Shown: in pieces, positions 10,602 through 21,351 of the stretch
Layout of the letters: each line of letters starts with the position of its first letter
Position numbering within the stretch: position 1 is the first letter of the stretch
DNA from: Myxococcota bacterium
Lineage (GTDB): Bacteria; Myxococcota_A; SURF-8
NCBI GenBank assembly: GCA_963674735.2
Contig: CAXXQS010000002.1
Coordinates: forward strand, 992,001 to 1,056,000
Direction of reading: 5' to 3'
Length of the DNA: 64,000 nt
Translations under genes and position numbers: made by a program
The notes under the pieces: generated by a model
Told to the model about the DNA's origin: nothing
What the model saw: only the letters and a program-made list of their open reading frames with translations
Databases searched by the model: none

Positions 10602-10623
10602 CTCGTTCCACTCTCCTTGAGAA

Positions 10624-11931
10624 TCACGGTTTGGGGTCGGAAGGCGTGGCAGCACTCTGCGTTTCGGGAATCGCCGCTTCGTCGGTTGCGGAATCGGCAG
10701 CAGCTTTGTCCACCTCTTCTTCATCCACAGCCGGATCGGAGACGGCGGCGGTTTGTTCATCCGCCTGGGACTCCTCGGACACCGGTTTTTCGGCCGGAAA
10801 ACGCACGGCTTGGTCGGCAGAGTAGGCCGGATTTCCGGCTTTGTCACGAACCACCACGCGGTAAAGATAATCGCCGGGTTCACTCAAGTCCCGATCGGTA
10901 TATTCATCAACAGTTAAAAACGGGGAGATACGCTTGGCCTGTTCGGGGGATTCAGACGCCAATCGGCGGTCGACCAGGTAGCCGAGAAGCCCCGGATCGC
11001 TGACTGGTTCCCAGCGCAGGCGCACCCCGCCGTCGATCGCTTTGATCCACATCACCACCGGTGCGGGCGGCGGCGTGACATCCACGACCTTGATTCCCTG
11101 TTCATCGCTCGGCGGACCCAACAAAAGAACACCGTTATGAGCCGAAGCCTTACGCAAACGATACCGCAACCAGGCACCGGGCTGTACGCCTTCGTCTTTG
11201 TACAACCCTCCCACCAGGGGCAACGCTGTAATCGGAGTATTCTTAAACATGCCGGTTTTGCCTTCGGCACGATAGATCACGATCCCCTTGACTGGTCCTT
11301 CCGGAATCGCAGCAGTTTCTGTGGGAGGCGCTTGCGAGGAAGATTCGGCCGTCTCGGCCGCCGCATCCGGCTTGGCCTCTTCTGTCGAATCGGATGCTTC
11401 CACCTGTGCAGCTTCCGGCTCAACCGGCGTGGAATCGGCGGCTTCTTCACGCCACACGACAATCACCATGCCATCGCCCGGCGACAACGCCAGATCAGCC
11501 GGGGGTTCCGTCGGAAATTCCGCCACAAACGGCCCGATAACCGTATCCGCCCCTAAAACCTTCGCGGCATCATAGGGAAACAGGTGATACTCATAGGTAT
11601 CCCCAATCTTCATGGAGTCATCGGTGAAACTGAAATCGCCCCCATTTGGAGAACTGTTTTCGATTTCGACCATCAGCAGCGTTTGCGCCTCAGCCGGGTC
11701 CGTACTGCCCTTCGGCCATTGTTTGCGGTACAACTGCACCCCGGCCACCTGGACCCGGTCTTCGGAGGCAGGCGGCAGACGCCACGCTAGTTCCAAGCGA
11801 CCGTTCTCCCCAATCGCGGAAAGCAGCTCAAGCGTCGGAGGAGCCGTTTCATCAACCGCTTTCGGAGCCGATTTGGCACCGCAACCGCTCAACATCAGGA
11901 GCATTCCCAACACAACCGCCCACCCAAACAT
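10624..11931 (-). CDS. Fibronectin type III-like repeat lipoprotein
   Basis: Lipobox LSG-CGAK; three FN3-like units (LELAW..YEY, VIVVW..YRL, VRLRW..YLYRV) with acidic linkers. Confidence 0.7.
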   Translation of the reverse strand: MFGWAVVLGMLLMLSGCGAKSAPKAVDETAPPTLELLSAIGENGRLELAWRLPPASEDRVQVAGVQLYRKQWPKGSTDPAEAQTLLMVEIENSSPNGGDFSFTDDSMKIGDTYEYHLFPYDAAKVLGADTVIGPFVAEFPTEPPADLALSPGDGMVIVVWREEAADSTPVEPEAAQVEASDSTEEAKPDAAAETAESSSQAPPTETAAIPEGPVKGIVIYRAEGKTGMFKNTPITALPLVGGLYKDEGVQPGAWLRYRLRKASAHNGVLLLGPPSDEQGIKVVDVTPPPAPVVMWIKAIDGGVRLRWEPVSDPGLLGYLVDRRLASESPEQAKRISPFLTVDEYTDRDLSEPGDYLYRVVVRDKAGNPAYSADQAVRFPAEKPVSEESQADEQTAAVSDPAVDEEEVDKAAADSATDEAAIPETQSAATPSDPKP

Positions 11932-12134
11932 ATTGCGGCTGTCTCCCTCATAATGTCCTTTAGTGCCTATCATGAGCCTCTACCTCAACTGCAGGAGGAT
12001 TCAAGTCTATCATTTATCGACCCCAACCTACAGTATGCCCCCGCCGTCCGTCAAGCGCTTATCCGTCGACGCTTGCCAGTCCGAGTGGATTCTGCTAGGA
12101 TCTCTCATGGCGAATCAAACAAGAGGTTGTCATT

Positions 12135-12950
12135 ATGGGTGGAAACAAACCGCAGATTGTCCAGCGTCTTTTACCGTTGACAATCATGATCCTGGCCGTC
12201 GGTTTTCTAATGGGTGACTTCTGCGAAGATGTCTTCTCCATCCCCCTCGAAATCGAGCACCAGACCGACGAAATCACCCTCACCGTCCGCTTCGCCCCCG
12301 CCGCCGATGGCGACTCGGACAGCGAAACACCGACGGACGGCGACATGGATTTCGACGGGGAGGTTCCCGAGGCTGAAAATCCCAACTTCGACCCCGAAAC
12401 CGGCGAGTATCGGCTGACCCCTAGCCATCTCACCATCGATTTCAGCGAAAGCGCAGGTGGCACCAACCTGGAGAAATACCGGGGAAATCTGGTCGGCGTT
12501 TTCGTCCGATCCGTGGAATACACCATTTTGCAAAACACCATTCCAGCCGATTTGCCTCCGCTGGACATCTATCTGACGCCTCTTGTGCAAGGCGACGACA
12601 GCGACTCCTTCGATTGGAAATCCGCCATCGAATCAGGCGAATTCGACACGTTCGAACTCAAGGAGCTGGGTGTGGGAGACAAGGGTTTGGTTAAACTCGG
12701 CCAAACCAAGCGCGCCTATTTCGGAGACCCGGTTCCGGATTTCCCAAGCAAGGAGCGCCTGGTCGAAAAAGCGCTCCCAGCCAATATCGATGAGATATCG
12801 AATACGATTTTATCCAATTTCAAATTCGAAGCCGTCATCAACGCATCGGATAGCATCCTTGTTCCCGAAGAAAACTACAACCTGCTGCCGGAAACAGGCG
12901 AGGTGCAACTCCAGTTGCGCTTGATGGTGGTGGTCATCGCCAAAGCTTGA
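12135..12950 (+). CDS. Hypothetical secreted acidic protein (possible lipoprotein) with DGD motifs
   Basis: Hydrophobic N-terminus ending MGDF-C; ADGDSDSETPTDGD segment. Confidence 0.65.
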   Translation: MGGNKPQIVQRLLPLTIMILAVGFLMGDFCEDVFSIPLEIEHQTDEITLTVRFAPAADGDSDSETPTDGDMDFDGEVPEAENPNFDPETGEYRLTPSHLTIDFSESAGGTNLEKYRGNLVGVFVRSVEYTILQNTIPADLPPLDIYLTPLVQGDDSDSFDWKSAIESGEFDTFELKELGVGDKGLVKLGQTKRAYFGDPVPDFPSKERLVEKALPANIDEISNTILSNFKFEAVINASDSILVPEENYNLLPETGEVQLQLRLMVVVIAKA

Positions 12951-12960
12951 TTCCCCCTTC

Positions 12961-13743
12961 ATGGAGATGTCAATGTCGCGTTGGACAATCATGGTTGTTG
13001 TCGCATGTCTGGTCGCGTTTTGCTGTGGCGCCTGCTCCTCTGAGCCAGCCACCGACACTCCGGACAAAATCAAGACCCAAAAAGACGCCCTTTCCATCTC
13101 CGATTGGCGTATCGACGAGAATACAGCAAACATCCTCTATACTTACATGGACGAAAAGCAGGCTTTTCAGACCGTTGAACAAGCCGACGCCGTCCCCGAT
13201 CCTTTCCGCAACGATGTCATCGTGGTCGATCTTTCACGCCCCCCCGAAGAACGTCGATCCACCACCAAGGTGGTCGTGGCCGATCTGAATCGTAAAGAGG
13301 GCGGTCATTTTCATTTACGCCTGGAAGACCGAGCCCGTTTCGAAACCGCCATCAAACACAAGCGTCAATGGCGACTCTCTCCGGTCGCCGCCATGAATGC
13401 TCCAGCCCCAGGTGCTCAGTCGGGTCCGCCTCCCGGACAACCGGCCCTAAACCCCGGAGACAAACACGATAAAATCGTCCTATATGGCGCGACCTGGTGT
13501 GGCTACTGCCGCAAGGCACGACAGATTCTCAGCAGCAGCGGCATCGCATTCGTCGACAAAGATATCGAAAAAACACCGGGAGCGGCCGCAGAGTTGCAAG
13601 CACTCTGCCAAGCCCGGGGACAAACCTGCAACGGCGTGCCGGTTATCGATTTCAAGGGTCGCTTACTGCTTGGCTTCGACGAAGCCACCTTGCGTGGCCT
13701 GCTGGCTGCGGAAAAAGCGAAAGCAGGAGCTAAATCCCCGTGA
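12961..13743 (+). CDS. Exported glutaredoxin/NrdH-domain protein
   Basis: Signal peptide with CGA-C; C-terminal YGATWCGYC..GVPVI..GF; the start may be ATG 12973. Confidence 0.8.
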   Translation: MEMSMSRWTIMVVVACLVAFCCGACSSEPATDTPDKIKTQKDALSISDWRIDENTANILYTYMDEKQAFQTVEQADAVPDPFRNDVIVVDLSRPPEERRSTTKVVVADLNRKEGGHFHLRLEDRARFETAIKHKRQWRLSPVAAMNAPAPGAQSGPPPGQPALNPGDKHDKIVLYGATWCGYCRKARQILSSSGIAFVDKDIEKTPGAAAELQALCQARGQTCNGVPVIDFKGRLLLGFDEATLRGLLAAEKAKAGAKSP

Positions 13744-13747
13744 AAAC

Positions 13748-13776
13748 TTGACAACCTCCGCTCATCAAGCTACCGT
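13748..13776 (+). promoter_or_regulatory. Sigma70-type promoter
   Basis: TTGACA-17nt-TACCGT upstream of AAGGAG RBS and ATG 13824. Confidence 0.6.
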
Positions 13777-13823
13777 TAGGACGCCCAACCTATGATCGCA
13801 ATCGTTAGTTAAGGAGTAGACGA

Positions 13824-14117
13824 ATGCCGAAAATCAAGTTAAGCGAGAACCATGGTCTGGCACGTGAAGAGTTGATCAAGCGCGTTGACGATTATCTGTC
13901 TCTGCTGCGTGATGACAAAATGAAAGCCATGAATTTCGGTTTCGAGTGGAATAGCGCGCAAACCGACATTGCGCTGACCGGTTCCGGTTTCAAAGGTTCC
14001 GTCAAGCTAAGCGATAGTTCCGTGGACGTCTTAATCGACCTCTCCATGATGCTCACCCCGTTTAAGGGAAAAGTAGAAGAATCGCTGAAGCGCGGTTTGA
14101 AAAAATATCTCGGCTAA
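13824..14117 (+). CDS. Polyhydroxyalkanoic acid system protein (PHA_gran_rgn family)
   Basis: 97 aa; H.L..EE..R..W....G..G.V..L..ML.PFKGKVEE pattern. Confidence 0.75.
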   Translation: MPKIKLSENHGLAREELIKRVDDYLSLLRDDKMKAMNFGFEWNSAQTDIALTGSGFKGSVKLSDSSVDVLIDLSMMLTPFKGKVEESLKRGLKKYLG

Positions 14118-14154
14118 AGGGTTTTACCCGGTCGTCCGGCAAGGAGGAAAGCGG

Positions 14155-14958
14155 ATGCGGCAGACGGCTATTTGCTTGTTTTTAATCGTTATTTTCGCGT
14201 TGGCCACGGCCTGCTCGGAAAATGCGAAGCCTAAAACAAAAGATCCGTTGGAAGCACTCACCTATGATTATCTGAACTTGATCAAGCAGAAAAAATGGGA
14301 TGAGGCCTACGCCATTCATGCAGCGGAAACCCGCAAATATTTTCCGGAGAAGGAATTCATCGCCTACGCCGAGGATTTCATCTCCCCGAAGGTCGACGCC
14401 ATTTACGTCACCCGCATCGAAAAACGAAAACTCGATGCCACGGTGGAAACCGCGTTCAAACCCAAAAGCAATTGGGCGACGTACAACTCCCTTGAATCGG
14501 CGAAACTCAAGCTGGAGTATGTCTACCAGGACGGTAAATGGTGGATTTCACGTCCCGAGATCGTCGTCAAAGGCGCTGAAGAGGAAGCGAAAAACAATGC
14601 ACGCCAGGAGCGTGTGAACAAATGGAAACCACACCTGAAGTTCAGTGATTTCCGCGTGGAAAACAAAATCACCGATGAGGGTCCGACCTTGGTATTCCAC
14701 GGTGAATTGGAAAACACCACCCAGGAACCGCTCGAAATGGCTATGGTCAAAGTCGACTTCTTCGACGGAAAAGGCTCCAAGGTCTTCCACATCGTGTTCG
14801 TCCCGATTTATGTGTCGGAATGGCAGAAGAAAGAAGCCCTGAAACCGGGCGAGAAACGCACGTTCATGGAATCGGTCAGCTCGGAAATCCCCGACGACTG
14901 GTCGGGCAAAATCGATTATTACCTCTTCGATGCGGGCGAAATGCCTAACAAACGCTAG
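14155..14958 (+). CDS. Lys-rich lipoprotein, NTF2-like N-domain plus FxLYD-like C-domain
   Basis: Lipobox ATA-C; GELENTT..VKVDFFDGKG..LKPGEKRTF. Confidence 0.65.
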   Translation: MRQTAICLFLIVIFALATACSENAKPKTKDPLEALTYDYLNLIKQKKWDEAYAIHAAETRKYFPEKEFIAYAEDFISPKVDAIYVTRIEKRKLDATVETAFKPKSNWATYNSLESAKLKLEYVYQDGKWWISRPEIVVKGAEEEAKNNARQERVNKWKPHLKFSDFRVENKITDEGPTLVFHGELENTTQEPLEMAMVKVDFFDGKGSKVFHIVFVPIYVSEWQKKEALKPGEKRTFMESVSSEIPDDWSGKIDYYLFDAGEMPNKR

Positions 14959-15072
14959 GATATCATCTCCAACGCATCATGAAATTTGTTCCGGCTTGAT
15001 CCACCGACCCCGGCGGGTCAGGCCGGTTTGTTTTTCAAGATTCCAAATCTGAGACCAGGCTACGATCGAAAA

Positions 15073-15693
15073 ATGGCGACTCAATCTCCCAAAATCACGC
15101 GCGAGCGTATTCTCGACAGCGCCGAGGCAGAATTTGCGGAAAAAGGCTTCGGGGGTGCTCGCGTCAAGGAAATAGCCGCCAGCGCCGGAGTCACCGGGGC
15201 CATGGTGCACTACTATTTCAATTCAAAAGAAGACCTGCACCGCGCCGTGCTCGACCGCATGGTGAAAGACCTGATGGATTTGGTTTCGCGCATCGCTCCC
15301 GAACCGATCGATCCCGTTGAAAAAGTCCAACGTTTTTTCTATGCCTTTTTCGACTATGCCGCCCGACACCGGAATTTCGCGCGGCTCACATCCATGGAAA
15401 CCGGCCACGACAGTCGCGAGTTTTTCCTGAGCCTGGTACGCACACATTTTCGTCCCCTCTACCAGCTCGCCAAAGCTTTTTTGAAAAAAGGAATGGATCA
15501 AGGGGTTTTCCGCAGCATCGATACGGACCACCTGCTGACCGCCATTTACGGCATGACCATCACCTATTTTTCCGATAGTCCCTTCCTTGATGAGCTCTTG
15601 GACCGCCAAGTAACCTCCCGCGAGGCCGTTGCCGAACGCCGAACGGTCTTGATGGACATGATTTTACGGCTCCTACTGAAAAACCCCAACTAA
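15073..15693 (+). CDS. TetR/AcrR family transcriptional regulator
   Basis: RERILDSA..FAEKGFGG..IAASAGV..VHYYFNSKEDL. Confidence 0.92.
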   Translation: MATQSPKITRERILDSAEAEFAEKGFGGARVKEIAASAGVTGAMVHYYFNSKEDLHRAVLDRMVKDLMDLVSRIAPEPIDPVEKVQRFFYAFFDYAARHRNFARLTSMETGHDSREFFLSLVRTHFRPLYQLAKAFLKKGMDQGVFRSIDTDHLLTAIYGMTITYFSDSPFLDELLDRQVTSREAVAERRTVLMDMILRLLLKNPN

Positions 15694-15820
15694 ACACGGA
15701 TTTGCTCACCTGCGGCGCCGCCTCGACTCTACCGGCTCTCCGGTAAAGGTGGTCCGGCGCTGAAAATAAAAAAGCGATGAACATCGTTTTTTAACTTGCC
15801 ATGGTTAAGCTTTTCGTTTA

Positions 15821-15834
15821 ACTAAATGATTAGT
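15821..15834. promoter_or_regulatory. Palindromic operator candidate (ACTAA-N4-TTAGT) upstream of the activase
   Basis: ACTAAATGATTAGT in an AT-rich promoter region between tetR and the activase; a second dyad TTAAC-N8-GTTAA lies at 15791-15808. Confidence 0.45.
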
Positions 15835-15910
15835 AAGGGTCGATAATACGCTGGAGGGGAAAGGCGCGAGGGCCGTTGTCGTCGCGTCGATGACATCGAA
15901 GGAGTGCAAC

Positions 15911-18900
15911 ATGTTACATGAATCCGTCAGCCTCGGTTTGGACATCGGCGCCCTGACCGTCAAATTGGCCATCCTGAACGAGCAGGGTGATGTGATTGAA
16001 CGCCACAGTCAACCGCATCACGGCGAAATCTTCACCACCACCCATGCATTACTACAGGATACGCTGCCAAACCGTCGTATTGCGCGCCTCGGGATCATCG
16101 GCAGCCAGGCCGAACCCGTAGCCCAAACCCTGGGTTTTGCTGCCGGAAACGACGTGGCCGCCATTATCCGAGCCGTCACCGATCAATACGAAAATATCAA
16201 ACAAATCATCGACATCGGCGGTGGATCGCTCTCGATGATCACGCTTAATGATGCCGGTGAGTTCACCGGCTACCAGACCAACACTTTATGTGCGGCCGGA
16301 ACGGGTTCGTTTCTCGACGAACAGGCGGCCCGCCTCGGCATCGAGTATGCTCAATTGGATGACATGCCCGAGGTGGCCAGTCCCCCTTCCATTGCCGCTC
16401 GATGCGCCGTATTCGCCAAATCCGACCTGATTCACCGCCAGCAGGAAGGATACGACAAGCCATCCATGTGGTCCGGGCTGTGCCGCGGCCTGACCCACAC
16501 GATCGTTATGACCTTGTTCAAAGGACGCACTCCCGCAGGAACCACCGCAGTGGTCGGCGGTGTCGCCCAAAACCGCGAAGTCTTACGTTGGCTCAAGGAA
16601 GAATTGAAGGTCGAGTTGATCGCCCCGCCGTCGCCACAAGAAACTGCCGCCGTCGGAGCCGCACTCAACGCTCCCCGATTAGAAGGCGACCTGCCCCTCG
16701 ACCGTTTGCTCGACAGCAATCTGGAGAGTACGGAGAAAACTCGGCGGCCCAAACTCACCCTCACCCGCTCCAATTATCCATCCTTCGAGGTGGAGAAAAC
16801 CGACCTCGACGACGGAAACGAAATCCGTATCAGCCGTTGGCCCGCCGACGGCCACCTGACGGGTTATCTGGGTATCGACATCGGTTCCACCTCCACCAAA
16901 TGCGTCTTGATCGATACCCACGACGAAGTGTTGGTGGATATTTATCGTAAAACCGGTGGCGATCCCATCGGGGCCACCCAGTCGCTTTTCCGAAGTCTTT
17001 CGGCCTTGGTCGCCAAACGCGGCGGCCAAATCGACATTCTCGGTGTCGGCACCACCGGATCGGGCCGAAAACTGGTCGGTGCCGTAACCGGTGCCGATTA
17101 TGTCATCAACGAAATCACCGCTCATGTCACCGGAGCAATGAAGGTCGATCCGAGCATCGACACCATTTTCGAAATCGGCGGCCAGGACGCCAAATACATC
17201 CACGCCGTCGAGGGCCGCCTGCATAACTCCAACATGAACTACGTCTGCGCCGCCGGAACCGGCTCCTTTGTCGAAGAGCTGTCGCGAAAGATGGGATTTG
17301 ACCTCTTTTCACTCGGCGACGAGGTGCTGGGCGTCGAGCCGCCCGTCACCTCCGACCGCTGCACGGTTTTCATGGAACAGGATGCGCGCGCCCTCCTGCG
17401 CAAAGGTTTCACCCCGCGTGAAGTCATGGGCGCCGTCATGGTTTCCGTGGTGCAGAACTACCTGAACAAGGTGGTCGGCAACCGGTATTACTCGAAGGAG
17501 AAGGTGTTTTTTCCAGGGTGCGACCGCCCGCAACAAAAGCCTCGTGGCCGCCTTCGAAACCCTGCTGGGAGTTGAAGTGGTGGTCTCCCCCTACTGCCAC
17601 CAGATGGGTAGCTTCGGCGTCGCCCTGATCGTGAAACAGCGTATGGAAGAAAATCAGGCGAAAACCCGCTTCGTCGGACTTGATTTCGCCGAAAAACCGG
17701 TGACGCTCAGCAAGGATGAATGCAGCCTGTGCGCCAACCGCTGCGCCATTACCTACGCAGAAGTAGACGGACTGACCGAACGACCGAGTTGGGGCTATTT
17801 GTGCGGTCGCGAACCGGACGAAAAGGCCATGCGTATCAACCGTGAATTCGCTTTGATGCGCCAGCGAAACCGCCTGTGGAAAGAAGCAGCCGAATACCTC
17901 CAACCACCGAAGAACGCGCCGGTCATCGGCATGCCGCGCGCCCTTCTGGCACACAGCCATTATCCATTCTGGCGACGCTTCTTCGCCGAACTGGGCTACG
18001 ATCTTCAGCTTTCCGCCCCCACCGATCGCCGTATCATCGAAAAATCCTCCGACTGGGTGGGAGCCGATTATTGTTTTCCGGTCAAGCTGGCCCACGGACA
18101 TTTGCGCGACCTGCTGGAAAACGACACCATCCAACAGGTGTTCATTCCCTTCATGGTCAGCGCCGGTCACACGGAAAAAGCCACCGAAGCCTATTTTTGT
18201 CCTTACAACATCGCCTTACCGGCCGTTCTGGGTTCGGCCATGTGGCTCAACGGCTACGACGAAGAGCGCTTACTGAAAGCCACCTGCGATTTTCGTTGGG
18301 ACGATGCGACAGCCGCAGAGCGCCTCACCGCCGATCTTGGGAAGCGCCTCGGTCGCAATAAACGCAAAGTCGCAGCGGCCTGGAAGGCGGCCAAAAACCT
18401 GATGACGAGCCATGAAGAGACGCTGCGCCGGATCGGTCGTGACGCAACCGCCCAGGCACTCGCCGCCGATAAACCGGCCGTCGTCATTCTGGGACGCCCC
18501 TACAATGTCTATGATCCCGGCGCCAATCTGGCCTTGCCCGAAAAAATCGCCCGGCTCGGGTTGACCGTCCTGCCCATGGATTTTCTGCCGCTCGATGAAG
18601 AAGATATCGGCGAGGAATTCCGCAACATGTATTGGAATTACGGCCGCAAGGTGATCGAAGCAGCGCGCTTCGTGGCGCGTACCCCCAACCTCTACGCCGT
18701 CTGTTTCTCCAATTTTTCCTGCGGTCCCGATAGTTTCATCCAAACCTACACCGAATCCATCATGGGCGAGAAACCCATGCTGATGCTCGAACTCGATGAA
18801 CATGGCGCGGATGCGGGATACCTCACACGACTCGAAGCCTTCGCCGATGTTTTGGCGAACAGCACCATCGAGCGCGTCCCGCGCTACACCTTCAACCGCC

Positions 18901-20120
18901 CGGCGGCGGACCCGGCCTCCGCAAAAGGCCGCACGCTGTGGGTACCCCCCATGGGCGAAGCGGGAGCCGCACTCATCGCAGCCGCGGAGCGCACCGCCGG
19001 TTACGACGCCCAACCTCTTCCGGTTGAGGATCTGAAGGCCTATCTCAAAGGCCGTGCCGTCACCCGCGGTGGCGAATGCCTGCCCTGTCCGGCGACATTG
19101 GGAACCTTCCTCTCCACCGTGGAGCGCACGGGAAACGATCCCTCCAAACACGCGCTTTTCATGCCCACTGCCGAAGGGCCTTGCCGCTTCGGACAATACT
19201 GCACCCTGGATCGCATGGCCATGAACCGCCGCGGCTGGGACACCGTCCCCATTTTGTCGTGGACGTCGGTCGATACGTACGACGGCACCGATGAAGAAAC
19301 ACGCCGCTGGCTGTGGCGCGCCATCGTGCTGAGCGATACCCTTTTCAAACTACGCTGCCGAGTCACCCCCTACGAAACCGATCCCGGTGCGGCAGACCGT
19401 CTCTACTATACTTGGATCGACCGCCTGAGCCGTGCCGTCGAAAACCGGGAAAAGCTCGACCCGGTAATGGTCAGCATGCGCAATGATTTCATGTCCATCC
19501 CTCGCCACGATATCAAAAAGCCGTTGGTCGGTATCGTCGGTGAGATCTACGTACGTCAAAACCGCTTTACCAACCAAGAACTGGTCAAACGTATCGAGCA
19601 GGCCGGAGGCGAAGCCTGGTTGGCTCCGATCACCGAGTGGATTCTCTACACCGCCTACGTAGAAGCCTGGACCCAAGGCTATCGCTCAGCCTCGCTTCTG
19701 GAAAAGATGGGAAACCTGCTCAAGAACCGTTTCATGGCGGGTGAAGAACGACATTTTATGGATCTGGTTTCACCGCTTCTCGATGAACGCCACGAACCCC
19801 CCATCGCCGAAACGGTCCAATCGGGTGAGCGATTCGTCCCTATGGATTTTGAAGGAGAAGTGATCATCACGCTGGGACGCGCCATCGAATACATGAAAAA
19901 CGGAGCCGATCTGGTTATCAACTGCGCGCCTTTCGGCTGCATGCCCGGTTCCATCACCAGCGGGATTTTCCAACGTATCGAGCGCGAATACGGCGTACCG
20001 GTAGCCAATATGTTTTACGATGGGGAAGGCGACCTGAATCGCTTGGTCGATATCTACCTGTCCAACCTCGGGGCGTCCAATGGATTGGCCGCGACGGGCA
20101 CCAACGGCCAGACAGGTTGA
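15911..20120 (+). pseudogene. Acyl-CoA dehydratase activase multidomain protein (two BadF/BcrAD ATPase domains plus DUF2229-like domains), split by one extra base
   Basis: GLDIG, DIGG, CAAGTGSF (x2), RCAVFAKSD, GIDIGSTSTK, CFPVK, FSCGPD, ELDEH, CRFGQY, PFGCMPG. Removing one T from the T6 run at 17507-17512 restores KVFFQGATARNKSLVAAFE and gives about 1402 aa. Confidence 0.85.
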
Positions 20121-20134
20121 CACGATAACACCAT

Positions 20135-20275
20135 AAAAGTGTCCGCCGCCGGTGGGGGGACCGGCGGCGGCGCGGGGTAGGCGCGAGCCAAGGCAGGAGG
20201 GTGGGTTGCCCCACAAAGAGGTTCGCACCTAGATCAAATGGACAGAAGGAGAAAGAACGTAAAAGCACCCATTTT
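20135..20275 (-). ncRNA. Candidate structured small RNA
   Basis: 12-bp stem (one mismatch) enclosing a GCAA tetraloop hairpin, then an 11-bp GC hairpin with a U-run only on the minus side; no minus-strand CDS feeds it. Confidence 0.45.
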
Positions 20276-20672
20276 TAAAACGCTACCATTCGAACCATGC
20301 GTCATTCATAAGGCCTTTACTCTATTTGAGATGATTAATTTCCTTTAATTCCGTATGAACGGACGCGTTGAATGGTTTATTTTGCAACAATCACACCAAC
20401 TTGTAATTCATAGTGATTCCGCCTTATTTTTGGGGTTTTCCAAACCTATATCGTTTCATCGACCCTCACAATCCTGACAATTATGTCACCATGAGCGGTG
20501 GAATGTCATACTCAGCGGCAAGCCCACAAAGGGAGTTCCTTCCCCCCAAAAAACATGCTATACTTTCAAACAATATGAAGTATCAGATCGGGGAGTCCAA
20601 CAAAAGTGATTGTCTTGATGTGTGCGCTTTCGCGACGCACAAAGAACGATCCAGATCAACCGAGGAGGAACC

Positions 20673-21254
20673 ATGAAAAACCTCACGTCATTGTCAATCT
20701 TGATCTGTACACTTTGTCTGTTTGCCTTTGCGGGAAACGCTCGGGCCGAAGGTGATTGGGACGGCTTCACCCTAGCCCCCAAGTTTGGTTACCTGTGGTT
20801 CGCGGAGACCAGCGGTGACTTTAAAACCCCGGCTCGCCATTCTTTCAATCTGCAACTCGATCTCGATTTCGGAGGCGAAGGCACCGGCTTCGATATCGCC
20901 CCCTACTTCAGCTATGAAGATGTGGAAAGCGATGATTATTTCGACTATGATCCTCTCATGGCGGTGGGCTTGTATTTCGGTTTCGCCTACCGCTTCAGTA
21001 TCGGCAGTTGGTATCCCTACCTCGGATTCGGTACGCGCATCGGGTATATGTTCGGCGACTGGATCGACCATGGCGCGGAAATTTACGGCCGCATCCCTCT
21101 TGGCGTAACTTATTACATCTTGGAAGACCTCGGAATCCTGCTCGAACTCGGCCTCGGTTACGGCATCACCGGCCTGACCGGAAGCACAACGGATGATTTC
21201 CAGATTGGTCACGGCTTCATGCTCGATGTCATGACGGGTATTCGTTGGCCCTAG
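20673..21254 (+). CDS. Small outer-membrane beta-barrel protein
   Basis: GAGGAGG RBS; signal peptide ending ARA; alternating aromatic/Gly strands, PYLGFG, C-terminal GIRWP; TG-TATACT -10 at 20559-20564. Confidence 0.75.
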   Translation: MKNLTSLSILICTLCLFAFAGNARAEGDWDGFTLAPKFGYLWFAETSGDFKTPARHSFNLQLDLDFGGEGTGFDIAPYFSYEDVESDDYFDYDPLMAVGLYFGFAYRFSIGSWYPYLGFGTRIGYMFGDWIDHGAEIYGRIPLGVTYYILEDLGILLELGLGYGITGLTGSTTDDFQIGHGFMLDVMTGIRWP

Positions 21255-21289
21255 AGCTTATTCACGGTTATGTGACTTTCAAACGATAA

Positions 21290-21316
21290 GCGGGAGACCC
21301 GACCGGGTCTCCCGCG
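21290..21316. terminator. Bidirectional hairpin between convergent genes
   Basis: GCGGGAGACCCG-ac-CGGGTCTCCCGC perfect inverted repeat. Confidence 0.7.
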
Positions 21317-21351
21317 TTGAATATCGCATCCTGGTGAATTCCTGAAACCAT

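Noticed and set aside
20281-20300. GGTTCGAAT (minus strand) as a tRNA T-loop
   Set aside because: Flanks do not form a T-stem and there is no cloverleaf
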